Source: Nemertoderma westbladi
Lineage: Eukaryota; Animalia; Xenacoelomorpha
Reading direction: 5' to 3'
DNA: 64,000 bases
NCBI GenBank assembly: GCA_032718475.1
Contig: JAUCBJ010008638.1
Location: 1 to 64,000, forward strand
Part shown: positions 24,697 to 36,853 of the stretch, piece after piece
How positions within the stretch are numbered: the first letter of the stretch is position 1
Layout of the letters: each line of letters begins with the position of its first letter
The notes under the pieces: model-generated
The model's input: the letters and a program-made list of their open reading frames with translations, nothing else
The model's database searches: none
Told to the model about the DNA's origin: nothing
Made by a program: the position numbers and the translations under genes

Positions 24697-25780
24697 TATC
24701 AAACTTGTATTTTTCGGTGCTGTGTGCAAATTTTGGTGCTAGCACGAAATTTTGAAAATCCATTCAATAGATAAAATTGCTTGTGACAATTTATTTCTTG
24801 CGTTTTAGAGGTTCATGGCTGTTCTGAATTCAATGGAAAATATAATTATCGAACTAGACATCTCAAACTTGTATTTTTCGGATGTGGGTGCAAAATGTGG
24901 TGCTAGCACCAAATTTTGAAAACCATCAAATATATCAATTGATTGTGTCACCTTGTTTCTTGCGTTATACGGGTTTGTGATGGTTCTGAATTCAATGGAA
25001 TCAGTAAAAATTTCATAAGAGTTCTCAAACTTGTATTTTTCGCCGGTGGGTGAAAATTTTGTGCCAGCACCAAATTTTGGAAAATATGCAAATTGATAAG
25101 TAGATAGTATCACCTTGTTTCTTGCGTTATACGGGTTTATGAGGGTCCTGAATCCGATGGAATCAATAAAAACAGCACTGGACATCGCAAACTTGTACTT
25201 TTTAGTGATGGGTACGAAATTTGGTGCTAGCACCAAAATTAGCCAAATTACGCCGAAAAATACAAGTAGCAGTGATCTGGCATATTAGAAATGTATTCCA
25301 TTAGAATCAGCGCCCTCGAAAACCTGAAAATGTGAATTTATAGCATCGTATAAGTGAATAATAAATTTTGTGTTCTAACTGAAAAGTGCTGGTTACCTGT
25401 TTTTTTCATTTTTTTCCTACGCAGAGAGGACTAAACAGCCATTTATAGTAATCATATCATTTTTAAATATTTTCCAATGTATTTTGCACCCCAGAAAACC
25501 TGTATTGAAAAATAATTAGCCGAAAATGTAACTTTCAAATTTTGTGAAAATTGTGCACTACTTGTAATTTTGGTGTTGCAATATAACACCCCAGTACATT
25601 TTTTCGAAATTTTTTTTTTTCGATCCGATCCAGAGAAGTGATACCTACGTACAAACAAAAAATCAGACGTTTTCGTAAATATTTGTAGATTTTAGAGGGG
25701 GGGGGGGGGGGGGGGGGGGTCAATATGACCCCCCCCCCCCCGGTATTTGTACAACATTTTATAGCCCGGTACTAATAGGG
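24697..25780. mobile_element. piggyBac-type non-autonomous element (right end) with about 162-bp internal subrepeats
   Basis: Ends ...actaatAGGG|TTAA with subterminal G-run-tcaatatga-C-run hairpin; aaacttgta(t/c)tttt recurs at 24701, 24865, 25027 and 25189. The left TIR is missing. Confidence 0.65.
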
Positions 25781-25865
25781 TTAAGGTCTGAGTTGGGGGA
25801 CTTCCCTCGTTACTAAAACTCATATATTCTTTGAATTAAATGTATAATATAACTAATATATTTCT

Positions 25866-27341
25866 GGTTATATTGAAAAATATCGAGACATGAAAAATAT
25901 CGAGAGTAAAAATAACGCGAGTAAAAACATCGAGTGTTGAAAAATAACGATAATATCGAGAGTTCAAAAAATATCGAGAGTAAAAATATCGCGGGTAAAA
26001 ATATCGAGAGTAAAAATACCGAGTGTTGAAAAATATCGAGAGTAAAAATATCGAGAGTAAAAATATCGAGTGTTGAAAAATATCGAGAGTAAAAATATCT
26101 AGTGTTGAAAAATATCGAGAGTAAAAATATCGAGTGTTGAAAAATATCGAGAGTAAAAATATCGAGTATTGAAAAATATCGAGAGTAAAAATATCGAGTG
26201 TTGAAAAATATCGAGAGTAAAAATATCGAGTGTTGAAAAATATCGAGAGTAAAAATATCGAGTGTTGAAAAATATCGAGTGTTAAAAATATCGAGAGTAA
26301 AAATATCGAGAGTAAAAATATCGATAGTAACAATTTTTTTAAATTAGGGTTGTATGATAATTTTTTTTACTAAAAATGTTCTAGAACAACAATATTTATC
26401 ATATATATAATTATTTATCAACATTTGGTAGCTTATACAGTACGTGTTCTAATATAATATTTAACAATATTTATAATATTTATCAAACTTTATAGCTAGC
26501 ACTTCTTTTATAATATTTATTAAAAAAATAGCAAAAACTAGCTAGTATAATAAATCTGGTAAATGGGTACCCAAGGTGTATTACATAATGCCATTCACTT
26601 GCACTGTTATAACCCATGCACTGCAATTTTGTTCCATAATTCTAAATAAAATGCTCAAGTAAAATGCAATTTTTACTCTCGATATTTTTCAACACTCGAT
26701 ATTTTTCAACACTCGATATTTTTTAACACTCGATATTTTTCAACACTCGATATTTTTCAACACTCGATATTTTTCAACACTCGATATTTTTCAACACTCG
26801 ATATTTTTCAACAGTCGATATTTTTCAACACTCGATATTTTTCAACACTCGATATTTTTACTCTCGATATTTTTACTCTCGATATTTTTCAACACTCGAT
26901 ATTTTTACTCTCGATATTTTTACTCTCGATATTTTTCACACTCGATATTTTTTCTCTCGATATTTCTCAACACTCGATATTTTTCAACACTCGATATTTT
27001 TACTCTCGATATTTTTCAACACTCGATATTTTTCAACACTCGATATTTTTACTCTCGATATTTTTCAACACTCGATATTTTTACTCTCGATATTTTTCAA
27101 CACTCGATATTTTTACTCTCGATATTTTTCAACACTCGATATTTTTACTCTCGATATTTTTCAACACTCGATATTTTTCAACACTCGTTATTTTCGATAT
27201 TTTTCATCTCGTGTTATTTTTACTCTCGATGTTTTTTAATCACGTTAATTTTCAACACTCGTTATTTTTACTCTCGATATTTTTACTCTCGTTATTTTTA
27301 CTCTCGATATTTTTAAAGTCTCGATATTTTTCACCATTACC
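25866..27341. mobile_element. Foldback/Mutator-like element with modular microrepeat arms
   Basis: Left arm is an array of aaaaatatcgagagt / gaaaaatatcgagtgtt (25873-26330); the right arm is its reverse complement (26668-27335). AT-rich loop, GGT...ACC ends, direct repeat atatttct at 25858-65 and 27342-49. Confidence 0.85.
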
Positions 27342-28798
27342 ATATTTCTGCCTCTAAGGCCATCCTTAGAGTATGCAATGCCTAACCGAACTAGACTACA
27401 CTAGACTAATTAAATGGAATAAGCCTGTCTGACGGTCGTCAGACTGTCTGATTTTATTTTATTAGTCCAGTATTTGTATTCTTAAAAAAGGCAATAAATA
27501 TTCCATCCTATAAGCCATCAACCATTTTACAGCTATTATTATTAATTAATTATTAATTAATTATTATTAATTATTATTATTATTAATTATTACAAGTCAT
27601 TCCAGATTTATCTTTCCATTTCAAAAATGGTCCATTGTAATTTGAGGGGATTCCTGGCGATTCACCTGGTATTGGGTTGCCCATAGGTCTAACTCCCTCA
27701 GTTTCATCAGTGCCAATACCGAACAACAAGAGCTGTAAATCCGCAGCTTGTTTCTGCATCTGATGCATTATTATTAGGTTGGATCATTCTGCCTGTTGCT
27801 GCAGTTGCTGCTGTATAAAATCTATAGCTGTAGTGGGATCCGCCAGAACTGCATTTTGCTGCCAATATCGCCGAATTATTTTTACCAACCTTCGCTTCAT
27901 TGATATTGTACTCAATTTGGATTCATACTTCACTCCAATAATATAGAGGTGTGATTTCACTTCATCCCAACCTAATAAATCAACATTGCTCTCTTCCAGG
28001 AAGGCAAGCAATACAAAGTATAATATGACCTTAATTAAACCTATTTTCCTAACTATACATTGATCGCACAATATTTCTGATCTTTGGTCTAACAAATGAA
28101 ACACAACTTTTTATGGCTAGATTTCACAATGATTTGCTCCAATACCTGGTTAGCCTTTCGCTTGAAATCTGCACTTGAGTCAGATCTTTGAAGCAGACAA
28201 CAACATATAACACATTAACACCTCAAAATAATTTCTCTGGAAATTTTCATGGTAATATTTAGATGCCACCTTACATGGATAACTCCGATTAAAACCTTTT
28301 ATCTGCCATTGTTCCCATATGGGAACATGTACTTGTTGCTAATAAATAAGTACTATAATATATAATATTCTTCTTAACTTGCAATATGGGACAACATAAT
28401 AAATATGTTTTGTCAGATTAACTGAAAATTTACCAATGATTGACAAAATTTTCGGAACAGTGGACCTCTACTTTCATGCAAAAATATGAATTTTGAACAG
28501 GATAATTTATTTGCATTAAATATAATATACAAATAACATAGAGTTATTGTAGTAGAAAGTCCTCAAATGTTGAATCAAGTCATTTATTTGTTGTTTAAAA
28601 CAATATATATGAATGTGCAATGATTTTATGAGATACTTTACACATCTTTTTATCTCATGTTCCGATATGGGAACATTGGCCAAATGAGAGACCTAAGTAG
28701 GCCCATTGCTGCATAATGAGTACAGCACGTATTTCTAACCCTATAATTCTACAAGTAGTATCATATTTCTACATTCTTGATCAATTCTGCATTCTACA

Positions 28799-28890
28799 TA
28801 GTGTTAGACCGGAGCTCCGGCTCCGGTCCGGATCCGGCCGGGAAAATGGTGCTCCGGTTCCGGTCCGGCTCCGGCAATAATAAGACCGGA
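28799..28890 (+). mobile_element. hAT-like terminus with CCGG-rich subterminal repeats
   Basis: tagtgttagaccggagctccggctccggtccggatccggccgg; no partner end found. Confidence 0.45.
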
Positions 28891-29112
28891 GGACCGGAGC
28901 TCCAGTATAAAACTGTAAAAGACAGACAGAGACACACAATGCACAATGTACAATGCACAATCAGTTGTCCACGTCACAATCATCTAGGCCATCATACATC
29001 ATAGTATAGCTACACTGCCTACTGCTGTACTGGCCTACCAGGTGCCAGGCTGAGGCTACAAAGACAGGCCAGTCAGCAGTCAGTACACTAGTACCTACAG
29101 TACTGCTATGCA

Positions 29113-30610
29113 GCTCATAATAAGTAAGTTCAAGTTCTAAAGTACACTGCACAGCACACTACTGCATACTTACCTACTAAGTTACTCATAATAAGTAAGT
29201 TCAAGTTCTAAAGTACACTGCACATCACACTACTGCATACTTCACTTACCTACTAAGTTACTCATAATAAGTAAGTTCTAAAGTACACTACACAGCACAC
29301 TACTGCATACTTACCTACTAAGTTACTCATAATAAGTAAGTTCAAGTTCTAAAGTACACTACACAGCACACTACTGCACTCACTTACCTACTAAGTTACT
29401 CATAATAAGTAAGTTCTAAAGTACACTACACAGCACACCACTGCATGCTTACCTACTAAGTTACTCATAATAAGTAAGTTCAAGTTCTAAAGTACACTAC
29501 ACATCACACTACTGCATACTTATCCTACTAAGTTACTCATAATAAGTAAGTTCTAAAGTACACTACACAGCACACTACTGCATACTTACCTACTAAGTTA
29601 CTCATAATAAGTAAGTTCTAAAGTACACTACACAGCACACTACTGCATACTTACCTACTAAGTTACTCATAATATAGTAAGTTCTAAAGTACACTACACA
29701 GCACACTACTGCATACTTACCTACTAAGTTACTCATAATAAGTAAGTTCTAAAGTACACTACACAGCACACTACTGCATACTTACCTACTAAGTTACTCA
29801 TAATAAGTAAGTTCTAAAGTACACTACACAGCACACTACTGCATACTTACCTACTAAGTTACTCATAATAAGTAAGTTCTAAAGTACACTACACAGCACA
29901 CTACTGCATACTTACCTACTAAGTTACTCATAATAAGTAAGTTCTAAAGTACACTACACAGCACACTACTGCATACTTACCTACTAAGTTACTCATAATA
30001 AGTAAGTTCTAAAGTACACTACACAGCACACTACTGCATACTTACCTACTAAGTTACTCATAATAAGTAAGTTCTAAAGTACACTACACAGCACACTACT
30101 GCATACTTACCTACTAAGTTACTCATAATAAGTAAGTTCTAAAGTACACTACACAGCACACCACTGCATACTTACCTACTAAGTTACTCTAAGTTCTAAA
30201 ATACACTACAAAGCACACTACTGTATACTTACCTACTAAGTTACTCATAATAAGTAAGTTCTAAAGTACACTACACAGCACACTACTGCATACTTACCTA
30301 CTAAGTTACTCATAATAAGTAAGTTCTAAAGTACACTACACTGCACACTACTGCATACTTACCTACTAAGTTACTCATAATAAGTATAATAAGTAAGTTC
30401 AAGTTCTAAAGTACACTACACATCACACTACTGCATACTTACCTACTAAGTTTCTCATAATAAGTGAGTTCTAAAGTACACTACACAGCACACTACTGCA
30501 TACTTACCTACTAAGTTACTCATAATAAGTAAGTTCTAAAGTACACTACACAGCACACTACTGCATACTTACCTACTAAGTTACTCATAATATGTAAGTT
30601 CTAAGTAAGT
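29113..30610. repeat. 65-bp tandem minisatellite, about 23 copies
   Basis: Unit aagtaagttctaaagtacactacacagcacactactgcatacttacctactaagttactcataat; period 65 (29701 to 29766). Confidence 0.95.
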
Positions 30611-30843
30611 TCATTAATTCTGATATATTTATATCTAAATAAACTATTTTAATTATATTATAATTATATTATAAATTATTTAATTTCTCAAAATATTTTA
30701 TAATCAAATGTCAATAAATACACTGCTGTGCACGATTATCAGAATAACAAACTGTGATAAATTGAAAAAAGCTGAACTGTAAATTTGAACTTTAAAAATA
30801 AAAAATTTCAAAAATAATATATAATAAAAATCTTACTTTGTAG

Positions 30844-30978
30844 CAACATATCAGGAGTGTAAGCGCAATCACAGGAATCCATGTCACTATTTTGCGCACT
30901 GCAAATATTCTGGTATTCATGGATATAACTGTACATGCAAGAAAGGCTTCAGTGGTGATGGCAGATATCGTTGTGATG
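30844..30978 (+). CDS. EGF-domain gene, exon A (EGF-like)
   Basis: tttgtag| ... |gtaagt, phase 1-1, 135 bp; TYQECKRNHRNPCHYFAHCKYSGIHGYNCTCKKGFSGDGRYRCD. Confidence 0.85.
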
Positions 30979-31624
30979 GTAAGTATTAATTATTTATCTA
31001 TATTATTAAGATATATTTATTTTTTACTTTTACTATCAATATACAAGATATAATAAATATTTACATATCAATATTATAATTAACAGTAACAACTAATTAT
31101 TATTGCAAGTGTTGGGCCTTCTGGTAGTAAAACTACAAGCCTTATATCTCAGCAGACAATTATATTTGTACTATGGCTTCCTTCTATGGAACTGCTATGG
31201 CTACTACTATGGCTTATACTATACTATGACTATGGTTTCCGACACACGTACACCAACACCCACGCAGACATTTGGAAAGCAGCTAGCTATAGTTTAATTA
31301 TAACCGTTCGCTGATGGTTCGCAGTTAAGACTCGCCCCGCAGTCTGTACAAATGTAACTATGACACAATGTATTACCTATATACCTGCATTGCCTGGGCT
31401 TTCGCGCAATACATAGCATACTAAACAGATGTGATGAATACAACACGACTGATAATAAAAGTTATTTAGCCATGAATAATAACATCACTCTGCCCTCTGT
31501 AGTGTATATATTAACATTACCATGGTATTCGCTTCAGGGTATTTTATATTACTTCACTTAAATCTGTGTAGTTGGGGGTTGTGAACAAACCCAAATCCTA
31601 AAGTGCTTAACTAACTAACTATCT

Positions 31625-31823
31625 AATAGATAGCTAAAGTGCGTAATTAGGTAGCTAATAGATAGCTAAAGTGCGTAATTAGATAGCTAATAGATAGCTA
31701 AAGTGCGTAATTAGATAGCTAATAGATAGCTAAAGTGCGCAATTAGATAGCTAATAGATAGCTAAAGTGCGTAATTAGATAGCTAATAGATAGCTAAAGT
31801 GCGTAATTAGATAGCTAATAGAT
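31625..31823. repeat. 32-bp tandem repeat, about 6 copies
   Basis: Unit aatagatagctaaagtgcgtaattagatagct. Confidence 0.9.
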
Positions 31824-31831
31824 AAATAAAG

Positions 31832-32040
31832 TGCTACCCGAAGGTAGGAGTGGGCGCTACTCCTATCTGCTACCCGAAGGTAGGAGTGGGCGCTACACCT
31901 ATCTGCTACCCGAAGGTAGGGGTGGGCGCTACTCCTATCTGCTACCCGAAGGTTGGAGTGGGGGCTACTCCTATGTGCTACCCGAAGGTAGGGGTGGGCG
32001 CTACTCCTATCTGCTACCCGATGGTAGTGGTGGGCGCTAG
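31832..32040. repeat. 36-bp tandem repeat, about 6 copies, derived from the adjacent SINE body
   Basis: Unit tgctacccgaaggtaggagtgggcgctactcctatc; its reverse complement occurs once in the SINE copy at about 44058-44090. Confidence 0.9.
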
Positions 32041-32166
32041 TTTTACTCCCAGTAACTCAACCGGTCTTCCTTTTATCGACCCCAGGGATAAGCGGCTCCT
32101 GGCAGGGCTCGAACGTACAAGAAATAGATTGCAAGCCTGGCGATCAACCAACTGAGCTACCCCGCC
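32040..32166 (-). mobile_element. tRNA-derived SINE with Nin/Deu-like core
   Basis: Minus strand: A box tagctcagttgg, B box gttcgagccc, then ccctggggtcgataaaa..accgg..actggg. Confidence 0.75.
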
Positions 32167-32341
32167 TTCCTCCTTGCCGAGTCATAAAAAATAGATTAAT
32201 TTTTACCGAATCTCGCAAGTTGCTCTGGTCTTCTTTAATACAGAACGCATATGCTGACCATTTACCATAATGAATACAAGGTCAATGTTTGCTCTAATTT
32301 GATTAGAGACGTACTCTGAATAATAAGATTTTACTTTATAG

Positions 32342-32464
32342 ATATTAATGAATGTGATGGTGATCATGATTGCCAGGGACCACGTGATAGGTGCTCCAAT
32401 CATCTTGGTGGCTACACCTGTCGATGCAAGGCAGGGTTCACAGGACATGCTAATGGTTGTAATG
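32342..32464 (+). CDS. EGF-domain gene, exon B (calcium-binding EGF)
   Basis: tttatag| DINECDGDHDCQGPRDRCSNHLGGYTCRCKAGFTGHANGCN |gtaagt; 123 bp, phase 1-1. Confidence 0.88.
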
Positions 32465-32672
32465 GTAAGTGTATTAAATACGTTATTCATTTTATTCCAC
32501 AGTTATAACTTAGAACATTGTGATTCTTGTTTGAATATACTGTGGGATTTTGGTGAATTAATTAACTGTAAATTAATTAACATAAATTAATGTGACTCAG
32601 CTAGTAATTGAATGAAAAGTTATTTCAAATACTGTTCACTTTTAAACGATAATTATTGTTATTTTATTGTAG

Positions 32673-32801
32673 ATATAAATGAATGTGAATCGCGTTGGTC
32701 GAATAGATGTCCACGAACATCTAACTGTATTAACGAGTTTGGCAGCTACAAATGTGAATGTAAGAAGGGTTTCAGGCAGCCAAAGCCATTCAAATGTGAA
32801 G
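32673..32801 (+). CDS. EGF-domain gene, exon C (calcium-binding EGF)
   Basis: attgtag| DINECESRWSNRCPRTSNCINEFGSYKCECKKGFRQPKPFKCE |gtgggt; 129 bp, phase 1-1. Confidence 0.88.
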
Positions 32802-33203
32802 GTGGGTTGTGTAATTATTAATGTGAAAGTTACAATTATAAAAAAGAGTCACAATTATAATTGTGAAAGTGTTGGTTCACACCATACATGATGGGTGGAC
32901 AAAACAAAATCTACGATTTCACACCTTTACCACTATAAAGTATAGTTTCTGGGTGAATACAATGAAACAAAGATCTAAAGGTGTTGTTCACCAGGCAGAC
33001 CCTAAAATATAGTGTTTTTTTTGTTCTGATAGTAGAAATTTTGTTTATTTTTTGGCAACTGCACATCACAAATAATAATGAATACAAAACCATTATTGCA
33101 TCATTTTTTTAACCAATATGTATATTTGAATAAAAACCTTAATATTAGACCATTACACAAATTAAAATTACAAATACAAATACCCGTCACCGCACAAAGC
33201 GAC

Positions 33204-35961
33204 TCAGAACTGGTCTGCCAGCCCCGCACCTCGCAGACCGGCCCCGTCCCTGAAACCCAAGCCTCGCCACGACCGTCGGCCGCCCCGGAGGCAGAGGGAG
33301 CTGGACCGGAGGAGCGCGAACTGCAGCCGCTGTCGAACACCACCCATGACACACGCGAGGCCCCTCTCTCGCATTCCATCCCGCCAGGCCACGAGTGTCT
33401 CGCCGAGATGGCGGATGAGGATCTGGGCCTCGGCGCTCCAAACACCATCGGTGGTGCCCACCAGAGGGGTGAACGACATCCTCCGGTCTTCACAGATGGT
33501 CCGGTAATGCATCTTCTTTAACTGGCACCGCTGCTCCAGGAGGGACTCGGTCGAGCGGTTGGTCTGGGCATAAGAGGTGGCGTCAGCGTTAATTACCGCA
33601 ATATCAAACGACGCCACTCTCTGGTTCGCCCAGACCCCCCGCGCGACCAAATCCGCCCGCACTCCCCCTACCTCCCTACCTTCCCTGTCGAGGTACCCCC
33701 GGGACAGGGTCACCTCCCGCTCAACGCTGGGCGCACCGAACGCCGACGCCAGGAGTTCCCTGAAAACATCGCGCACCTCATCGTGGCGTTTCACAATGAG
33801 GCTGCCGGACTTGCAGCTGAGCGCGTGCGAGGTGGAGAACGTCCCCCGACAACCCTCGCACTTGGACGGGAGTCCTGGTGGGACGAGAACATACCGGAGG
33901 TTCAGGCTGTCCCGGGACTCCTCGGCACTGAGGTCGGTGGCGTCCAGGATGCTTGGCTGGGCCGTCAACCAGCCGCCGGTTTTGTTTAGGACCGCTCGCG
34001 TCGCAGTTCGCCTGTGGTCTGCCGGTAGAGCTCCCAACGCAGCCTCCCGCTTCTCCTTGTAGGCCTCGTCCTGGGAGATGCAGCTAGCTGCGAGGACGGC
34101 TCGCAAATTGGCTGTGTGGTCGGCCACGTGGAGAGGTTGCGTCCTCTGGATCGCCTCGGCAACTACCGCGGTGCCTTCCATGGACGCAGAGCGTGCCGCG
34201 GTCTGCCGCATTGTAGGGTCCCGCAGTCCGATGCCGCCGTGGCGGGCTGGGAGGAGGGTGAGATCCTCGTCAGCCGGTTGCAGACTAGAACACCCGAAGA
34301 GGGAGGGGATGAACTTATGTAGCAATGCAGTCCGAATTGGGGTGACATCCTCGGCGTGGGTGGGTACGACCCGCAGCAGGTAGTCCCATTCCGCCTGCAC
34401 ACAGCGGGACATTCCCGTGTGGGCGGTCTGGGGGTACTCTGTTGCAACCCTCGAGAGTTTCCCGATATTGCCAACCCAGCCATCGACTTTCTTGGCAACG
34501 AACTCCTTCCGGCCAGCCTCATCTCCGATATATCCCCCGAGGAAACGGTGACTGGCACAGATCCGAATTCCACTCGGACTGAACATCGCCTGGGCCTCGT
34601 CTTCCAACCCCGGTTTGACCATGAGGTAACTCTTGGTCGGTTCGGGGTTGTAGCCGATGCTGGGGCCCAGGCGAAGTAGCTCTGTCCACCACTCCCAGAT
34701 ACCCAATAATCGACCTGCTGACGAGGCATCGTCAGCGTACCAACATTGGCGTTGCGATCTGCAGGAGGGTTGGCCGGTTGGTTCTGTAGCGCACCGCGTT
34801 GAAACCGGTTGGGTGCTGGTGGGCGTTGAACTACCCGGTTGGGCACTGGTGGGCGTTGGTGAGCCCGGTTGGGTGTCAACGGGTGTTGGTGAGCCCGGTT
34901 GGGTGTCGGCGGGTGTAGTTGAGCCCGGATGGGTGTCGGTGGGTGTTAGTGGGCCCGGTTGAGTGTCGGCGGGTGTTAGTGAGCCCGGTTGGGAGTCGGC
35001 GGGTGTTGGTGAGCCCGGTTGGGTGTCAGCGGGTGTTGGTGAGCCAGGTTGGGTGTCAGCGGGTGTTGGTGAGCCCGGTTGGGTGTTAGCGGGTGTTGGT
35101 GAGCCCGGTTGGTTGTCGGCGGGTGTTGGTGAGCCCGGTTGGGTAGAGAACTGGACCTTGCGTAGCTTGCGAACCATGGGTAGTGTTCCGCAGCCATAGC
35201 CCAGCATGGCGAGGGGGTCGCCCTGGGTCATACCCTCCTGGCTCCAGATGGGAGATGAGGAACCAGAAAGGTATAGGGCCGCGTGACCGTTGTAGGCATT
35301 GAATAAAAATCGTGAACACCTATGCCAATAAACGCGGCAGTTCCACAGGGCGACTGGTCGGCTCAGACTATTAAACGCATTGCTCGCGTCCACCATCAGA
35401 ATGGCCTGAGTCGACTCTTCCTCAAAGATGTTGGACATCGCGTGAACGGCACCCTCTATCCCCGCCTTCACCCCAGCACACAGTTGATCGGCGCCACACT
35501 GAATGACGATGTCGGCCTTTGTTGCCAGCTGTGAGGCAGCTGTGGCGATACTCCCAGATCGGGTCGGTGGATGAGCCGGGGCCGTTGAGCCAGATGCCAC
35601 CGAATGCGGCCTCTAAAGTGTCGGACGTTGATCCGGTGCTGGTTGCTGCGGTTGGGGGAGCGGGAGAATTCGTGGGGGCACCGCTTGGGGGCGCCTCCTG
35701 CGAAAACGTTGGTCGCAGAGTCTGAGTGAAGCCATCTACATCGTCACTGTCGTTTAGGGTAGAGGGGTCAGGAAGCAAAGTTGCATCCAGGTCGACTGGC
35801 ACAATGGGGGATGGGGTAGGGAGGTGCCGGTTCTTGCATTTCCCGATTGAGCTGGGGCCGCAGTTGGAACACGGCCGCGATGTCCGCACGCAGCCACAGC
35901 GGCTGGATGGGGAACACGAAGAGGCCGCACACTGGCAACAGCGTTGCGAGCCCTGGGACAT
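33204..35961 (-). pseudogene. CRE ORF (Cys-rich N-terminus, RT, CCHC, RLE) frameshifted by an internal deletion near 35525
   Basis: ATG at 35961 (ORF 35422-35961) joins out of frame to the 33204-35600 ORF; about 830 bp present in copy 2 is missing here. Confidence 0.8.
34800..35145 (-). repeat. In-frame 30-bp (10-aa, TQPGSPTPAD) tandem repeat inside the RT domain
   Basis: gagcccggttgggtgtcggcgggtgttggt, period 30, about 11-12 copies. Confidence 0.95.
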
Positions 35962-36234
35962 TGCACTCCCACTAAACTGCTAAATGCAGCGCGAAATATA
36001 GGAAACAGGTAGGCCTATCTGTTAGTGTTACTCAGTTCGTCTGAGTTCGTTGAGAATCTTAATTAGTTATCCACTGCACTGAATTCCAACATTCGAACAT
36101 TGCATCATTTTTTAGCTCAAATAACCACTGTGGTAAAAAGATTAATAACTGTTTAACCCTGATGATCATGTTTGCTTATGTTTATAATATTAATTTGTTA
36201 ATTATGTCTCGTGTAATAATGTTAAACATTGCAG

Positions 36235-36364
36235 ATATAAACGAATGTCGAGAAACACCAAATATATGCGCCAATGATGCTATTTGCATAAACGGGCATG
36301 GATGGCACTTATGCCAATGTCCTACTGGTTACATGGGTGACGGATATAGTCAATGCATAAGTGG
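36235..36364 (+). CDS. EGF-domain gene, exon D (calcium-binding EGF)
   Basis: attgcag| DINECRETPNICANDAICINGHGWHLCQCPTGYMGDGYSQCIS. The donor is either after 36364 (gtaata, phase 2) or after 36360 (gtgggt, phase 1). Confidence 0.85.
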
Positions 36365-36785
36365 GTAATATTCATTAAATAACATAAAAAAATTCTCAGT
36401 ACAAGTAATTAAGATAAAAAAACAATTATTAATTCAAATTTACTTATTTTTCATTCTAACATTATGCAATTTATGATGATGTGGGTAGAGGTTAAGATAA
36501 TTAATGGGTAATAATTATCCCATTCACCTAAATAAATACATACATTCGAATACATTCAAATCTATATATATATCTAAAATATACATTCACATCCTTAGAA
36601 CATGTAGAACATGTAGATAGATTTCCTCGTAAGTAAAGATATTTATTTTCAGTCAATTAGTTAGGTGGCGCCTGGTTCGTTATATATTTATATTTATAAT
36701 ATACAGTATGTTACAAGAAAACGTAGAAAATCAAAATAATCAAAATCAAATCCAAATTATTTAAACATCGTCAATATATGCACAG

Positions 36786-36853
36786 AGGGTGTGAGAGTTA
36801 CAATTATAAAGAGTATTCAAGTGCCTGGCAAAATCAAGAGTGGTATTTTAAAC
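36786..36853 (+). CDS. EGF-domain gene, candidate small exon E
   Basis: gcacag|A GCESYNYKEYSSAWQNQEWYFK C|gtaaat; phase 2-1 would bridge exon D (36364) to exon F. Confidence 0.4.

Larger units (their letters stand above)
33110..36098 (-). mobile_element. CRE-clade non-LTR retrotransposon (RT + restriction-like endonuclease), copy 1, internally deleted
   Basis: 15-bp TSD attgcatcatttttt (33095-33109 / 36099-36113). Motifs QLCAG..GIEGAVH, DASNAFN, QGDPL, WYADD, CEGC..HALSC, KRHD, RADL..RG.W...FDI. Confidence 0.9.

Noticed and set aside
27583-28200. Two short minus-strand ORFs (61 and 106 aa) with Gln-rich ends
   Set aside because: No recognisable domain, start context or consistent splice sites; possibly decayed transposon cargo.
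32090-32166. Functional tRNA gene (also 17301-17379 and 51984-52054)
   Set aside because: The acceptor and anticodon stems pair poorly, and the 32090 copy continues into a SINE core.
32820-32870. Intronic sequence resembling the start of candidate exon E (tgtgaaagttacaattataaa)
   Set aside because: Short AT-rich match with in-frame stops nearby; could be chance.
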